Below the pieces are notes generated by a model. It ran no database searches, had not been told where the DNA came from, and was given only the letters and a program-made list of their open reading frames with translations. The translations under genes and the position numbers were made by a program. Shown here piece by piece: positions 25,960 through 38,061 of a stretch of DNA of 51,956 bases. How positions within the stretch are numbered: position 1 is the first letter of the stretch; each line of letters starts with the position of its first letter. Source of the DNA: an uncultured Gammaproteobacteria bacterium (GTDB lineage Bacteria > Patescibacteriota > Microgenomatia > Levybacterales > GWA1-39-11); the NCBI GenBank assembly GCA_964511305.1, contig CAZEEU010000001.1, forward strand, positions 1 through 51,956. The letters are read 5' to 3'.

Positions 25960-26802
25960 ATGACAGAAACCCCTATAGAATTTGAAGACGGACCACAATT
26001 TGCTACACCAGAAGAAGAAGCTTTAGTAGATAAATTTTTCGATAGATTTCCACCTTCAAAAAAATCTGACATTCCCGCGCCTTCTCCAGAAAGAATAAGG
26101 AAAGGACTTCGTGATATCCGGATTCATGGGGAGGTAGGAGTTCAGATTGATTTACTTTCTAGAGGAACCCAAACAGCCGCAGAAACTGCTGCAAATTTAG
26201 CAAATGCTCACATCAAACTTCTAGACCGCATGGAGATTATGAGAAAACTCGTTAACAGACTCGAGGGAATAGCGTATCTAGATCCCTTAACGGGACTCCC
26301 AAATAGACGAAGTTATGATGAATATATGGCGGCAAATTCGACAAAACCGATGGCCATAATATTTATTGATGCAGATCATTTCAAAGAAGTAAATAAGAAA
26401 GGGTATGATGTAGGGGATGAAGGACTTAAAAAAATTGCAAATGCTATGCTTGATAATGGAGAATCAAGCCCAATGCTGTTTCGATATGGAGGAGATGAGT
26501 TTGTTGCTGCCTATGAAGGAGTTCACGATCCATACGTACTTCAAACACGGGTTGAGGCGATGAGAGAATCAGTTAATAGCACAAGTCTTACTACAGTTGA
26601 TGGTGAGGTCGTGCCATTTAGCGCTAGCTTTGTAGGAGGTAACTTTGGTGGCGGAACAGTCGATGATGTTGAATCATTTAAAAATGAAATGGGCAGAACA
26701 CTTCAGGCAAATAAAGAAATGGGACATAGAAACCAAAGCTATATACTTGGCGTGAACAATATCTTAGAACCCCAAGCTGCTCTTCAATCAGAAGTACAAT
26801 AA
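25960..26802 (+). CDS. GGDEF-domain protein (putative diguanylate cyclase) with ~100-aa N-terminal region of unknown function
   Basis: DPLTGLPNRRSY, IFIDADHFKEVN and FRYGGDEFV. No RxxD I-site five residues upstream of GGDEF. Confidence 0.8.
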   Translation: MTETPIEFEDGPQFATPEEEALVDKFFDRFPPSKKSDIPAPSPERIRKGLRDIRIHGEVGVQIDLLSRGTQTAAETAANLANAHIKLLDRMEIMRKLVNRLEGIAYLDPLTGLPNRRSYDEYMAANSTKPMAIIFIDADHFKEVNKKGYDVGDEGLKKIANAMLDNGESSPMLFRYGGDEFVAAYEGVHDPYVLQTRVEAMRESVNSTSLTTVDGEVVPFSASFVGGNFGGGTVDDVESFKNEMGRTLQANKEMGHRNQSYILGVNNILEPQAALQSEVQ

Positions 26803-26805
26803 TTT

Positions 26806-29800
26806 ATGGCAGATTTCGTTCACCTACATAATCACTCCGAATATTCATTGCTTGACGGCTTGTCGCGTATAGACCCATTGGTAGAACATGCCAAAAAGCT
26901 TGGAATGACCTCTCTTGCCATAACAGATCACGGGAATATGTATGGCACGATCAAGTTCTATAAGAAATGTCTTGCAGAAGGAATTAAACCAATTATAGGA
27001 TGCGAGATCTACGTTGCGAAAAGAAGTCTTCATGATAAAGAGGCTGGTGTTGATAAGGATTATAACCATCTAATTCTTCTCGCAAAAGACTTAACCGGAT
27101 ACAAGAATTTGATAAAAATTATTACTACCTCTCACCTAGAAGGATTCTATTACAAACCTAGAACAGACCTAGCGCTTCTTAAGAAACATAGCGAAGGATT
27201 GATTTGTCTTACCGCATGTATAAGTGGTTATGTGAGCGAACCACTCCTTAACGGTCAAGAAGATTTAGCAAAAAAAAGACTCCAAAAATTAATTGATATA
27301 TACACAAAAGAAAATTTATTCCTAGAAGTGCAACGTCACATAAACGTTCCAGGTCAAGAAGAATTAAATCAAAAACTACAAGTCCTAAGCCGTGAATTTG
27401 GAGTAAAATTGGTTGCTACAAATGACAATCACTATATTGAAAAAGATGACGCTGAAGGACAAGAAATTCTGCTCTGCATAGGCACCCAGACAACAATACT
27501 AGATGAGAATAGAAAGCTCACAATGCTTGATTCTCCTGACTTTTACTTAAAGTCTGCAAAGGAGATGCATGAAGCTTTTAAAGATATGCCTGAAGCAGTT
27601 GAGAATACAGTAAAAATTGCTGAAATGTGCAATGTGGAACTAACCCTCGGAAAATGGATCATGCCACAATATGATGTGCCAGATGGTCTTACTGCTGCAG
27701 AGTATTTCAAGAAAATTATTGAGGAAAGACTACCCTTTCGCTATGAAAATGTAACAGAGGAAATTCGGACACGCGTTGACTATGAGATAGACGTAATCTT
27801 AAAGAAAGGTTACGAAACATATTTCTTAACCGTTGCTGATTTTGTTAACTGGGCAAAAGACCGTGGAATAAGTGTAGGACCCGGGAGAGGATCTGCAGCT
27901 GGATCGGTAGTTTCGTATATCTTAAGAATTACTGACGTTGACCCTTTCTATTTCAATTTACCATTTGAACGTTTTCTAAATCCTGAAAGACCATCTGCTC
28001 CCGATATCGATCTTGATTTTGCTGACACAAGACGAGATGAAGTTATTGAATATGTAACTCAAAAATACGGAAAAGATAAAGTTGCCCAAATCATAACATT
28101 TGGAACAATGGAAGCTCGTGGATCAGTAAGAGACGCAGGACGCGCGTTAGGCATGCCCTATGCACAACCTGATCGAATCTCCAAGATGATTCCTCCCGGA
28201 TGGCAAGGCCATCATATGACAATTGACCTAGCACTTACTCAAAGTCCAGAACTTAAAGCTGCGTACACCACTGAGCCCGAAACAAAAAGGCTCCTGACTT
28301 TGGCTAGTAAGCTTAATGGCGTTGCGCGTCATGCATCGGTCCATGCCGCAGGTGTTGTTATTGCAGACAAAGATCTTACTGAATATGTACCTCTTCAAAA
28401 AGAAACGAATGGGGATAAAATCGTAACTCAATATGATATGTACACTGTTGGTGAAGACGGAGTTGGACTTCTTAAAATGGACTTTCTAGGGCTTCGAAAT
28501 CTTACCATTATCCAAGAATCTCTTAGATTTATTAAAGAAAATCAAAATCAAGAAATAGATTTTCAAAAGCTATCATATGATGATCCTCCAACATACAAAC
28601 TCCTTGCAAGCGGAGAAACAACAGGAATTTTCCAACTTGAATCCTCTGGCATGAGAAGATACATCAAAGAACTCAAGCCAACTACAATATTTGATGTTAT
28701 GGCAATGGTTGCCTTATATAGACCAGGACCTATGCAAAATATACCTGATTTTATTGCCCGCAAGCATGACCCTTCGAAAATTTCTTTCCCAGATCCTCGT
28801 CTTAAAGAAATTTTGACTAACTCTTATGGAATCCTTACTTACCAAGACGACGTCCTTTTAACGACAATTGCTCTTGCAGGATACACATGGCTTGATGCTG
28901 ACAAATTCCGTAAGGCTATGGGTAAAAAAATTCCAGCAGAAATGAAAAAACAAAAAGAAATATTTCTACAAGGAGCTGTTAAGAATGGGCTTACCCAAAA
29001 GAAAGCCGAGGAAATTTTTGAGCTAATAGCACCTTTTGCTGGATACGGTTTTAATAAAGCACATGCTTCCTGCTATGCAACGATCGCCTTTAGAACTGCT
29101 TATCTTAAATCCCACTACCCTGTTGAATTTATGACTGCGTTATTAACCGCTGAATCTCGTGGGTCAACCGGACCTCAAAAGAATGAAAAAATCTCTATTG
29201 CTGTTGCTGAATGCAAAAGACTAAAAATCGACGTTTTGGGTCCAAATGTAAATGCATCCAAAGCTGATTTCTCAATAGAAGAAAATAAAGTTAGATTTGG
29301 TTTGTCTGCTGTAAAGAATGTCGGCACGGCTGCTATCTCAACAATCCTTGAGGCTCGGGAAAAGGGTGAATTTAAAAACCTAGCTGATTTTTGTGGCAGG
29401 GTTGATCTATCAAAGGTGAATAAAAAAACAATGGAAAGTCTTATAAAAGCTGGTGCTTTCGATGATTTTGGCAAAAGAGCATCACTTCTTGCGTCTACCG
29501 CAAACATTGTTAACGCAATCACCAAAAAACCTGCCAAAAAAGATCTTAATCAAATCAGTCTTTTTGGAGACCTCCCTGAGGCACCAATCACTATAAATCC
29601 AGAGCTTGAGGCAATTGAGGATTTTACTGAGAGTGAAAAGCTGATGTTTGAGCGTGAGCTATTGGGATTCTTTCTGTCCGACCATCCCCTTAACCAAAAG
29701 CTTAACTCTCTCTTTACATTTGCGACTCATAAAATTTCTGACTTACCAGAAGTCAAAAATGGAACTAGAGTCAAAATTGGAGGCTTAGTTGCTTCTATAA

Positions 29801-30015
29801 AAAAGATTTTCACAAAGCGTTCTAATGAAGAAATGGCCTTTATATCACTTGAGGATCATGTAGGCGTAACTATTGAATGCGTAGTCTTTCCTAAAATATT
29901 TGAACGATCAAAAATATACCTCGTAAAGGATGCTATTGTAATTATTGAAGGAAAACTAGACTTTAAAGAAGATCTTCCTGTTGTTATCGTTGAAGGCGTC
30001 AGAATCCTTAATTAA
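26806..30015 (+). CDS. dnaE: DNA polymerase III alpha subunit
   Basis: 1069 aa. PHP N-terminus FVHLHNHSEYSLLDG, GPGRGSAAGS, PDIDLDF, and an OB-fold C-terminus. Confidence 0.95.
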   Translation: MADFVHLHNHSEYSLLDGLSRIDPLVEHAKKLGMTSLAITDHGNMYGTIKFYKKCLAEGIKPIIGCEIYVAKRSLHDKEAGVDKDYNHLILLAKDLTGYKNLIKIITTSHLEGFYYKPRTDLALLKKHSEGLICLTACISGYVSEPLLNGQEDLAKKRLQKLIDIYTKENLFLEVQRHINVPGQEELNQKLQVLSREFGVKLVATNDNHYIEKDDAEGQEILLCIGTQTTILDENRKLTMLDSPDFYLKSAKEMHEAFKDMPEAVENTVKIAEMCNVELTLGKWIMPQYDVPDGLTAAEYFKKIIEERLPFRYENVTEEIRTRVDYEIDVILKKGYETYFLTVADFVNWAKDRGISVGPGRGSAAGSVVSYILRITDVDPFYFNLPFERFLNPERPSAPDIDLDFADTRRDEVIEYVTQKYGKDKVAQIITFGTMEARGSVRDAGRALGMPYAQPDRISKMIPPGWQGHHMTIDLALTQSPELKAAYTTEPETKRLLTLASKLNGVARHASVHAAGVVIADKDLTEYVPLQKETNGDKIVTQYDMYTVGEDGVGLLKMDFLGLRNLTIIQESLRFIKENQNQEIDFQKLSYDDPPTYKLLASGETTGIFQLESSGMRRYIKELKPTTIFDVMAMVALYRPGPMQNIPDFIARKHDPSKISFPDPRLKEILTNSYGILTYQDDVLLTTIALAGYTWLDADKFRKAMGKKIPAEMKKQKEIFLQGAVKNGLTQKKAEEIFELIAPFAGYGFNKAHASCYATIAFRTAYLKSHYPVEFMTALLTAESRGSTGPQKNEKISIAVAECKRLKIDVLGPNVNASKADFSIEENKVRFGLSAVKNVGTAAISTILEAREKGEFKNLADFCGRVDLSKVNKKTMESLIKAGAFDDFGKRASLLASTANIVNAITKKPAKKDLNQISLFGDLPEAPITINPELEAIEDFTESEKLMFERELLGFFLSDHPLNQKLNSLFTFATHKISDLPEVKNGTRVKIGGLVASIKKIFTKRSNEEMAFISLEDHVGVTIECVVFPKIFERSKIYLVKDAIVIIEGKLDFKEDLPVVIVEGVRILN

Positions 30016-30036
30016 AAAAGTCACGTTATATGTCCC

Positions 30037-30065
30037 TTGACTTAAATTTTACTGTCGCTTAAAAT
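30037..30065 (+). promoter_or_regulatory. promoter of the atp operon
   Basis: TTGACT (30037-30042), 17-nt spacer, TAAAAT (30060-30065). Lies 12 nt upstream of the atpB ATG. Confidence 0.55.
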
Positions 30066-30076
30066 TGAAACCGTAA

Positions 30077-31079
<1,003 letters not shown>

Positions 31080-31118
31080 TAAATTTTTACGCAAGTAAAA
31101 ATATACTCTATATAAAGT

Positions 31119-31634
31119 ATGGAAATATTTGAGCAATTTGGATTTGATATAAAGCTATTTGCTGCACAAATAGTTAATTTTTTGGTGATCGCGTTTATCT
31201 TTAAGAAGTTTTTATACAAACCTATTCTAGATACACTCCAAAAAAGAAAGGCAGCAATCAAAAAAGGCCTAAAAGATGCCGAAGAGGCAACTTTGGCTTT
31301 AGAAAAAGCTGAAGAATCAAAGGAACAGATTCTGAACAAGGCTAGCAAAGAGGCTGAAGGCATTATTGCTGAGGCCAAAAAACAAGCACAGGAAGCCAGA
31401 GATGGTATGATGGCTGAAACTAAAGCTGATCTTGAGAAGATGATGGTATCAACAAAGGAACAAATTGCTCTAGAACGAGAGAATTTCAAAAAGGAAGCAA
31501 GAGATGTTTCTTTAGAAATTTCAAGACAAATTTTAGAGTCAGTCCTTGTAGATCTTTTTGAAAAGAAAGACCGTGACGCTCTTCTAAAAAAGGGTTTGTC
31601 TAAAATCAACAATGATAAACAAACAAAAAATTAG
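31119..31634 (+). CDS. atpF: F0 ATP synthase subunit b
   Basis: 171 aa. N-terminal TM helix (FAAQIVNFLVIAFIF), then a long charged coiled coil. Operon position fits. Confidence 0.85.
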   Translation: MEIFEQFGFDIKLFAAQIVNFLVIAFIFKKFLYKPILDTLQKRKAAIKKGLKDAEEATLALEKAEESKEQILNKASKEAEGIIAEAKKQAQEARDGMMAETKADLEKMMVSTKEQIALERENFKKEARDVSLEISRQILESVLVDLFEKKDRDALLKKGLSKINNDKQTKN

Positions 31635-31962
31635 AAAACTTGCGCATATTGCTGCTGATACCAAAACTATACCAGCAGATATAGAAGAATTTGTATTAAA
31701 ATATTTAGGCAAGCAAGATTTAAAAACTTTTCTAGCATTTTATAAAAATGCTCTTAATAAAAAGAGAGTTTATGTGAGTTCGTCTGACGAATTGTCTACT
31801 GACTCACTCAAAATGCTTAAAGGCATATATAATGATAAAGACATAGTCGAGCTACGAGACGAAAGTCTAGGAGCAGGACTAAAGATAGTAAATGACGACA
31901 TGGTAGTTGACTTTACATTTAAAAAATATATAAATGACACAATAGAAAAATTGAAGAATTAG
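31612..31962 (+). CDS. atpH: F1 ATP synthase subunit delta (OSCP), short form
   Basis: 116 aa. C-terminal DESLGAGLKIVNDDMVVDFTFKKYI resembles the OSCP C-terminal motif. Lies between atpF and atpA. Lacks roughly 60 N-terminal residues compared with typical delta subunits. Confidence 0.7.
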   Translation: MINKQKIRKLAHIAADTKTIPADIEEFVLKYLGKQDLKTFLAFYKNALNKKRVYVSSSDELSTDSLKMLKGIYNDKDIVELRDESLGAGLKIVNDDMVVDFTFKKYINDTIEKLKN

Positions 31963-31976
31963 TACAATAAATACAC

Positions 31977-33491
31977 ATGAAAAACGACGAACTCATAAAA
32001 CAAATTGAAAAAAGACTTTCAACAGTCCATTTTGATCCTAAAATGGAAAATGTTGGAACAGTTAGCAGCGTTGGAGACGGAATTGTCCAAGCTACTGGTC
32101 TTTCAAAAGTAGGATTTGGAGAAGAAGTTGAATTCGCCAATGGTGCTCGCGGTCTTTCATTTAACTTAAATGAAGACTATACCTCAATCATCCTTCTTTC
32201 AGAAGGAGAAAATATAAAAGAAGGAGATACAATCAAAACAACCGGAAGAATCCTTGGTATTAATGGAACCGAAGAAATGATAGGTCGAGTACTTGACCCA
32301 CTTCAAAACCCACTTGATGAGAAAAAACTCTCAACAAAAGGACCTCTTTATCCTCTGGAAAAAATTGCACCTGGCGTTGTAGATAGACAACCAGTGGATA
32401 CCCCACTTAAAACCGGAATAAAGGCAATTGATGCCATGACACCAATCGGACGTGGACAAAGAGAGCTTATTATTGGTGACCGAAATACTGGAAAGACTGC
32501 AATTGCAATTGACACAATTATCAATCAAAAGAAAAATGACCTAGGTCTTAAAAGAGTTATCTGTATTTATTGTGCTATTGGACAAAAGAGAAGCAATATT
32601 GCAAGAATTATTGGAAAGCTTACAGAAGAAGGAGCGATGGATTACACGATAGTTGTAGCAGCATCTGCCTCAGACTCAGCAGCACTACAATATCTAGCTC
32701 CATTTGCTGCGACTGCAATTGGTGAGTACTTTATGGATAAGGGCGAAGATGTTCTCGTAGTATTTGATGATTTCTCGAAACACGCATGGGCATACAGACA
32801 ATTGTCTCTGCTTCTTAAAAGACCAGCCGGACGTGAGGCTTATCCTGGAGACATATTTTATCTACATTCAAGAATTCTAGAAAGATCATCCAGAATGTCT
32901 GATGCTCTCGGCGGTGGATCACTTACTGCTCTACCTATCATTGAAACCCAAGCTGCAGATAATTCAGCGTATATTCCAACAAATGTTATTTCAATTACAG
33001 ACGGTCAAATTTATCTTGAAAATGATCTTTTCAACTCCGGAGTTAGACCTGCCATCAACACTGGCCAATCAGTATCAAGAGTCGGAGGAGCAGCTCAAAC
33101 AAAAATTATGAAACAAATCGCAGGACCTCTCAGACTTGAAAGCGCACAATTTAGAGAGCTAGCTGCTTTTGCACAGTTTGGATCAGACCTTGACGACGCT
33201 ACTCTGCAAAAAATTGAACGTGGTAAAAGAGTAAATGAAATTCTAAAACAGCCTCAATATACACCTATGTCTGAGTATCAACAGGTAGTAAGCATTTACT
33301 CAGCTGCAACCGGATTACTTGACGATTTTCCGCTTGATAAAATAAGGACTTTTGAAGAGAAGGTATTTGATTTTATAAAAGTAAAAAATAAAAAGCTCAT
33401 TCAAAAATTAGAAAAGGGAGATAAGATGGATGAGAAAACTATTGCAGAGCTAAAATCAGTCATCGAAAGCTTTAAAAAAACATTCAAGTAA
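31977..33491 (+). CDS. atpA: F1 ATP synthase subunit alpha
   Basis: 504 aa. Walker A GDRNTGKT and the typical [26 protein letters not shown] motif. Confidence 0.96.
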   Translation: [504 protein letters not shown]

Positions 33492-33494
33492 GTC

Positions 33495-34346
33495 ATGGCC
33501 CAAAATCTCCAACTTCTGAAAAGAAGAATTAAAACTTCTAAAAATATTGCCCAAATTGCGAAAGCATTGGAAATGATCGCTGCATCAAAAATAAAAAAGG
33601 CTCAAATTGCTTCGACAAATAACAAGCCATATGCAGACAGCATAACCGAAACAACCGGAAAAATTGCTGCTTCAGTTAATAAAAAAACCTTTACTCACAA
33701 ATATTTAACATCGACAGATAGGGAAGAGCGCAAGCTCCTCATAATAATTAGTCCTGATAGAGGCCTTTGTGGTTCTTTGAATACTAATCTTTATAAAAAG
33801 ATGATTGAATGCGATAGCTCCAAAGTAAAAGTTGTAACAGTTGGAAAAAAAGCAGGACTGTTTGCTTCAAAATTAAGCTTTGAGCTGCTTTCTTCTTTTC
33901 CGATGGGAAGCTCTCTACCGGATTATTCTCTTGTATACCAACTAAAAACGCTAATTGATGAACAAATGGACCAAAATGGTTTAACTACAGTCGAAATTCT
34001 GTATGCCGATTTTGTTTCATTTTTTCTCCAAGTGCCAACAGTAAAACATCTTCTTCCCCTAGCATTTGAAGAAACAACCGCACTTGATCCAAATGAATCA
34101 TCTATATTTGAACCTGGAAAAGAGGCCATGCTTACTGAATTACTCCCTTACTATCTTGAGATTCAACTCTACAATGCCCTTATTCAAGCATTTACATCTG
34201 AACAGGCTGCGCAAATGGTTGCTATGCAAAATGCCAAGAATAATGCTTTTGATATTGCTGAATACTTGAACCTTGTTTATAATAAGTCTCGTCAAGAAAG
34301 AATCACAAATGAAATTCTCGATCTTGCAAACAGCGCGCAGATATAA
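33495..34346 (+). CDS. atpG: F1 ATP synthase subunit gamma
   Basis: 283 aa. N-terminal RRIKTSKNIAQIAKALEMIAASK and C-terminal NKSRQERITNEILDL. Confidence 0.9.
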   Translation: MAQNLQLLKRRIKTSKNIAQIAKALEMIAASKIKKAQIASTNNKPYADSITETTGKIAASVNKKTFTHKYLTSTDREERKLLIIISPDRGLCGSLNTNLYKKMIECDSSKVKVVTVGKKAGLFASKLSFELLSSFPMGSSLPDYSLVYQLKTLIDEQMDQNGLTTVEILYADFVSFFLQVPTVKHLLPLAFEETTALDPNESSIFEPGKEAMLTELLPYYLEIQLYNALIQAFTSEQAAQMVAMQNAKNNAFDIAEYLNLVYNKSRQERITNEILDLANSAQI

Positions 34347-35744
<1,398 letters not shown>

Positions 35745-35749
35745 TTCTT

Positions 35750-36154
35750 ATGTTTCAACTGACCATTCTCTCGCCGTTAGGGCAGATATATAATGACACC
35801 GTTGACGAGGTAACACTTCCGACAGATAAGGGAGATATCTCAATACTTCCCCATCACACTCCTCTATTTTCAAAACTAGCTGAAGGAATTATGACTATAA
35901 ATAAAGGTGGAAAAAAGCAAGTTATTGCTTTAGTCGGGGGATTTCTAGAAGTCGGAGATAAAGTTACGGTACTATCAGACCATGCAATTAAGGCAGAGGA
36001 TATTCAAACTGCAAAAGCTCTTGAAGCAAAAAAACGAGCTGAAGAATTTATTCAGAACAAACAAAGTACTGCAGATCTTATAATGGCAGAAAAAGAACTA
36101 CAAAAGTCATTATTGGAATTAAAAGTCGCTGATAAAATGAAGCATCACGCATAA
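35750..36154 (+). CDS. atpC: F1 ATP synthase subunit epsilon
   Basis: 134 aa. Beta-sandwich N-terminus (ILSPLGQIY...LPT.KGDISILPHH) with a helical C-terminus. Last gene of the operon. Confidence 0.88.
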   Translation: MFQLTILSPLGQIYNDTVDEVTLPTDKGDISILPHHTPLFSKLAEGIMTINKGGKKQVIALVGGFLEVGDKVTVLSDHAIKAEDIQTAKALEAKKRAEEFIQNKQSTADLIMAEKELQKSLLELKVADKMKHHA

Positions 36155-36155
36155 T

Positions 36156-36881
36156 ATGCGACCAAAACGCAACTCAAGACTCTCTCGTACAAGTGAAAAG
36201 CAAAACAAGCGTCAAGCATGGGTGTTTGGAATTGCTACAATTGCTCTTATTGTGATCCTGATTCAGTTTGGTCCACTCCTTATCAACTTATTTGGAAACG
36301 CCGTCTATATGTTGCGTGGAGGAGACGCAAGTGATGCACCGGTTACTGGCAAGGAGTTGCTTCAGCCCCCATCTTTATCCGGTATTCCGGAGGCAACACA
36401 AAGCGCAAAGATATCCTTTAGTGGAACCGCTCCTGATACGAAGGGTACAGTTGAAATTTACGTCAATGATGAGCTTGAAGATGAGGTTGAACTGAACAAA
36501 AAAGCTGATTTTCAGGTGAATAATATCTCCATCAAGAAAGGTTCTAACTCGATTAAAGCACGATTTGTATTAGAGGATAAAACAAGTCCATTTACACCTG
36601 ACTTTACAGTTAATTACATAACTGACAAACCGAAGCTTGAGGTATCAAATCCAGTTGATAATGCAATATTCACAAAAGCTGATAAAAGTATTCAAGTGAA
36701 GGGCACAACCGATGAGGATAATACTGTAACAATTAATTCATTCCGCGCGATTGTAGAATCAGATGGACAATTTAGCTATCAACTGCAACTTAACGATGGA
36801 GAAAATCAAATTATCATAGAGGCAACCAATCCAGCAGGAATTTCAACCCAAAAAACAATAAAAGCTACTTACCAACCTTAA
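36156..36881 (+). CDS. membrane-anchored extracytoplasmic protein with two Ig-like/beta-sandwich repeats
   Basis: 241 aa. Basic N-terminus plus a TM helix (WVFGIATIALIVILIQF). Beta-rich repeats ending ..GSNSIKARF and ..GENQIIIEATNPAG. Starts 1 nt after the atpC stop. Confidence 0.6.
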   Translation: MRPKRNSRLSRTSEKQNKRQAWVFGIATIALIVILIQFGPLLINLFGNAVYMLRGGDASDAPVTGKELLQPPSLSGIPEATQSAKISFSGTAPDTKGTVEIYVNDELEDEVELNKKADFQVNNISIKKGSNSIKARFVLEDKTSPFTPDFTVNYITDKPKLEVSNPVDNAIFTKADKSIQVKGTTDEDNTVTINSFRAIVESDGQFSYQLQLNDGENQIIIEATNPAGISTQKTIKATYQP

Positions 36882-38061
36882 CCTTACCCCACCCAACTGG
36901 TATCAACATAAAAAGAACTCCAATAATTGGGGTGTAGAAAAGAACATTAGTGAACATACTACCCCCCAAAAGACTTACGATTATTGCAATATAAATATGC
37001 GAAAATATGCCACCACGCTCTTTAATATAACTTCTTATTAAAACAATATAGGAGGTCATAAAGAAGAAGAAGCCAACAATTCCCGTTGTAGCAAGCACAA
37101 GAAGGTAGCTATTATCAGCTCCCGCGTCTGAGTTACTAATTGACGCACCCTTCTCTTCTCGAAGACCAAAACGCAGTTGCGCGTATCTGTACGCATTAAA
37201 TCCTACTCCATATATGGGATTTTTTGAAAAAACTGTTAATGATTGAGAAATGCCAATGAGCCGCTCATTTGATGAAGCTGTACGCAAGGGATTAAGACCT
37301 TCCACATGTGTGTCTGACAAAAGAAAAACTGACAGTGTCATAAAGATTATAATCAGAAACAACATTCTTAGTTTCTTTTTAATAACACAAAATACTGTAA
37401 TGCCAACAAGAAGTGTGATAAGTGACGTTCTTGAGAATGTAAGGTAAATCCCAACCAAGCTCGCAAATAGAATAAATATATGCACAACACTTTTACGAAA
37501 ACTATTAGAAATTGTGTAATAAGCTCCTAACCAAAATAGCATTACCAAAAAACTACCCGCAAAGTTGGGGTCAAAAAAAGTAGAGGTAAGTCTATAGAGA
37601 TGATTATCCCACCCAAGATAAAAAAGAGGTCTTAAATCGTTAAAGAAGAAATACTGAACAAATCCAAAACTCAAGAAAGAGATTAATGCAACATATATTG
37701 CCCTTAAAAGGTTCTCTTTTTTTGCGAAATATATTCCTGCAAAAATTAGTAGTAGATATGAAAGGTATCTCGCAATATAAAGAAAAGACACAACAATTGA
37801 TATGTCTTTATAAAGCATTGAGTTGACCAATAAGCTTACTAGGCCAAATCCTAAGAATAGTAATTGATATTTTAAAAATGAATTTACAATAATTTTTTTT
37901 CTAAGAAAAACTAGATAATATATAGCACTTACAGCAATTACGCCTACAATCAAATCCTGAGGAACAATTTGTACAGTGTTGACAATTTTTATTCTAAATA
38001 AATTGCCGAAGGGCAACAACATAATGTATAGATATATCAAAAAAGTTATTAAAGCCTTCAT
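36865..38061 (-). CDS. O-antigen ligase/polymerase-like (Wzy_C family) polytopic membrane protein
   Basis: 398 aa with about 10 TM helices. FSRTSLITLLVG and a loop with NAYRYAQLRFG..DAGADNSYL, typical of O-antigen ligase-like proteins. Confidence 0.6.
   Translation of the reverse strand: MKALITFLIYLYIMLLPFGNLFRIKIVNTVQIVPQDLIVGVIAVSAIYYLVFLRKKIIVNSFLKYQLLFLGFGLVSLLVNSMLYKDISIVVSFLYIARYLSYLLLIFAGIYFAKKENLLRAIYVALISFLSFGFVQYFFFNDLRPLFYLGWDNHLYRLTSTFFDPNFAGSFLVMLFWLGAYYTISNSFRKSVVHIFILFASLVGIYLTFSRTSLITLLVGITVFCVIKKKLRMLFLIIIFMTLSVFLLSDTHVEGLNPLRTASSNERLIGISQSLTVFSKNPIYGVGFNAYRYAQLRFGLREEKGASISNSDAGADNSYLLVLATTGIVGFFFFMTSYIVLIRSYIKERGGIFSHIYIAIIVSLLGGSMFTNVLFYTPIIGVLFMLIPVGWGKVKVGK

Noticed and set aside
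26806-30015. Intein or insertion in dnaE
   Set aside because: The translated protein reads as continuous PHP, polymerase core and OB fold. It has no Cys/Ser...HN splice-junction block and no length excess.
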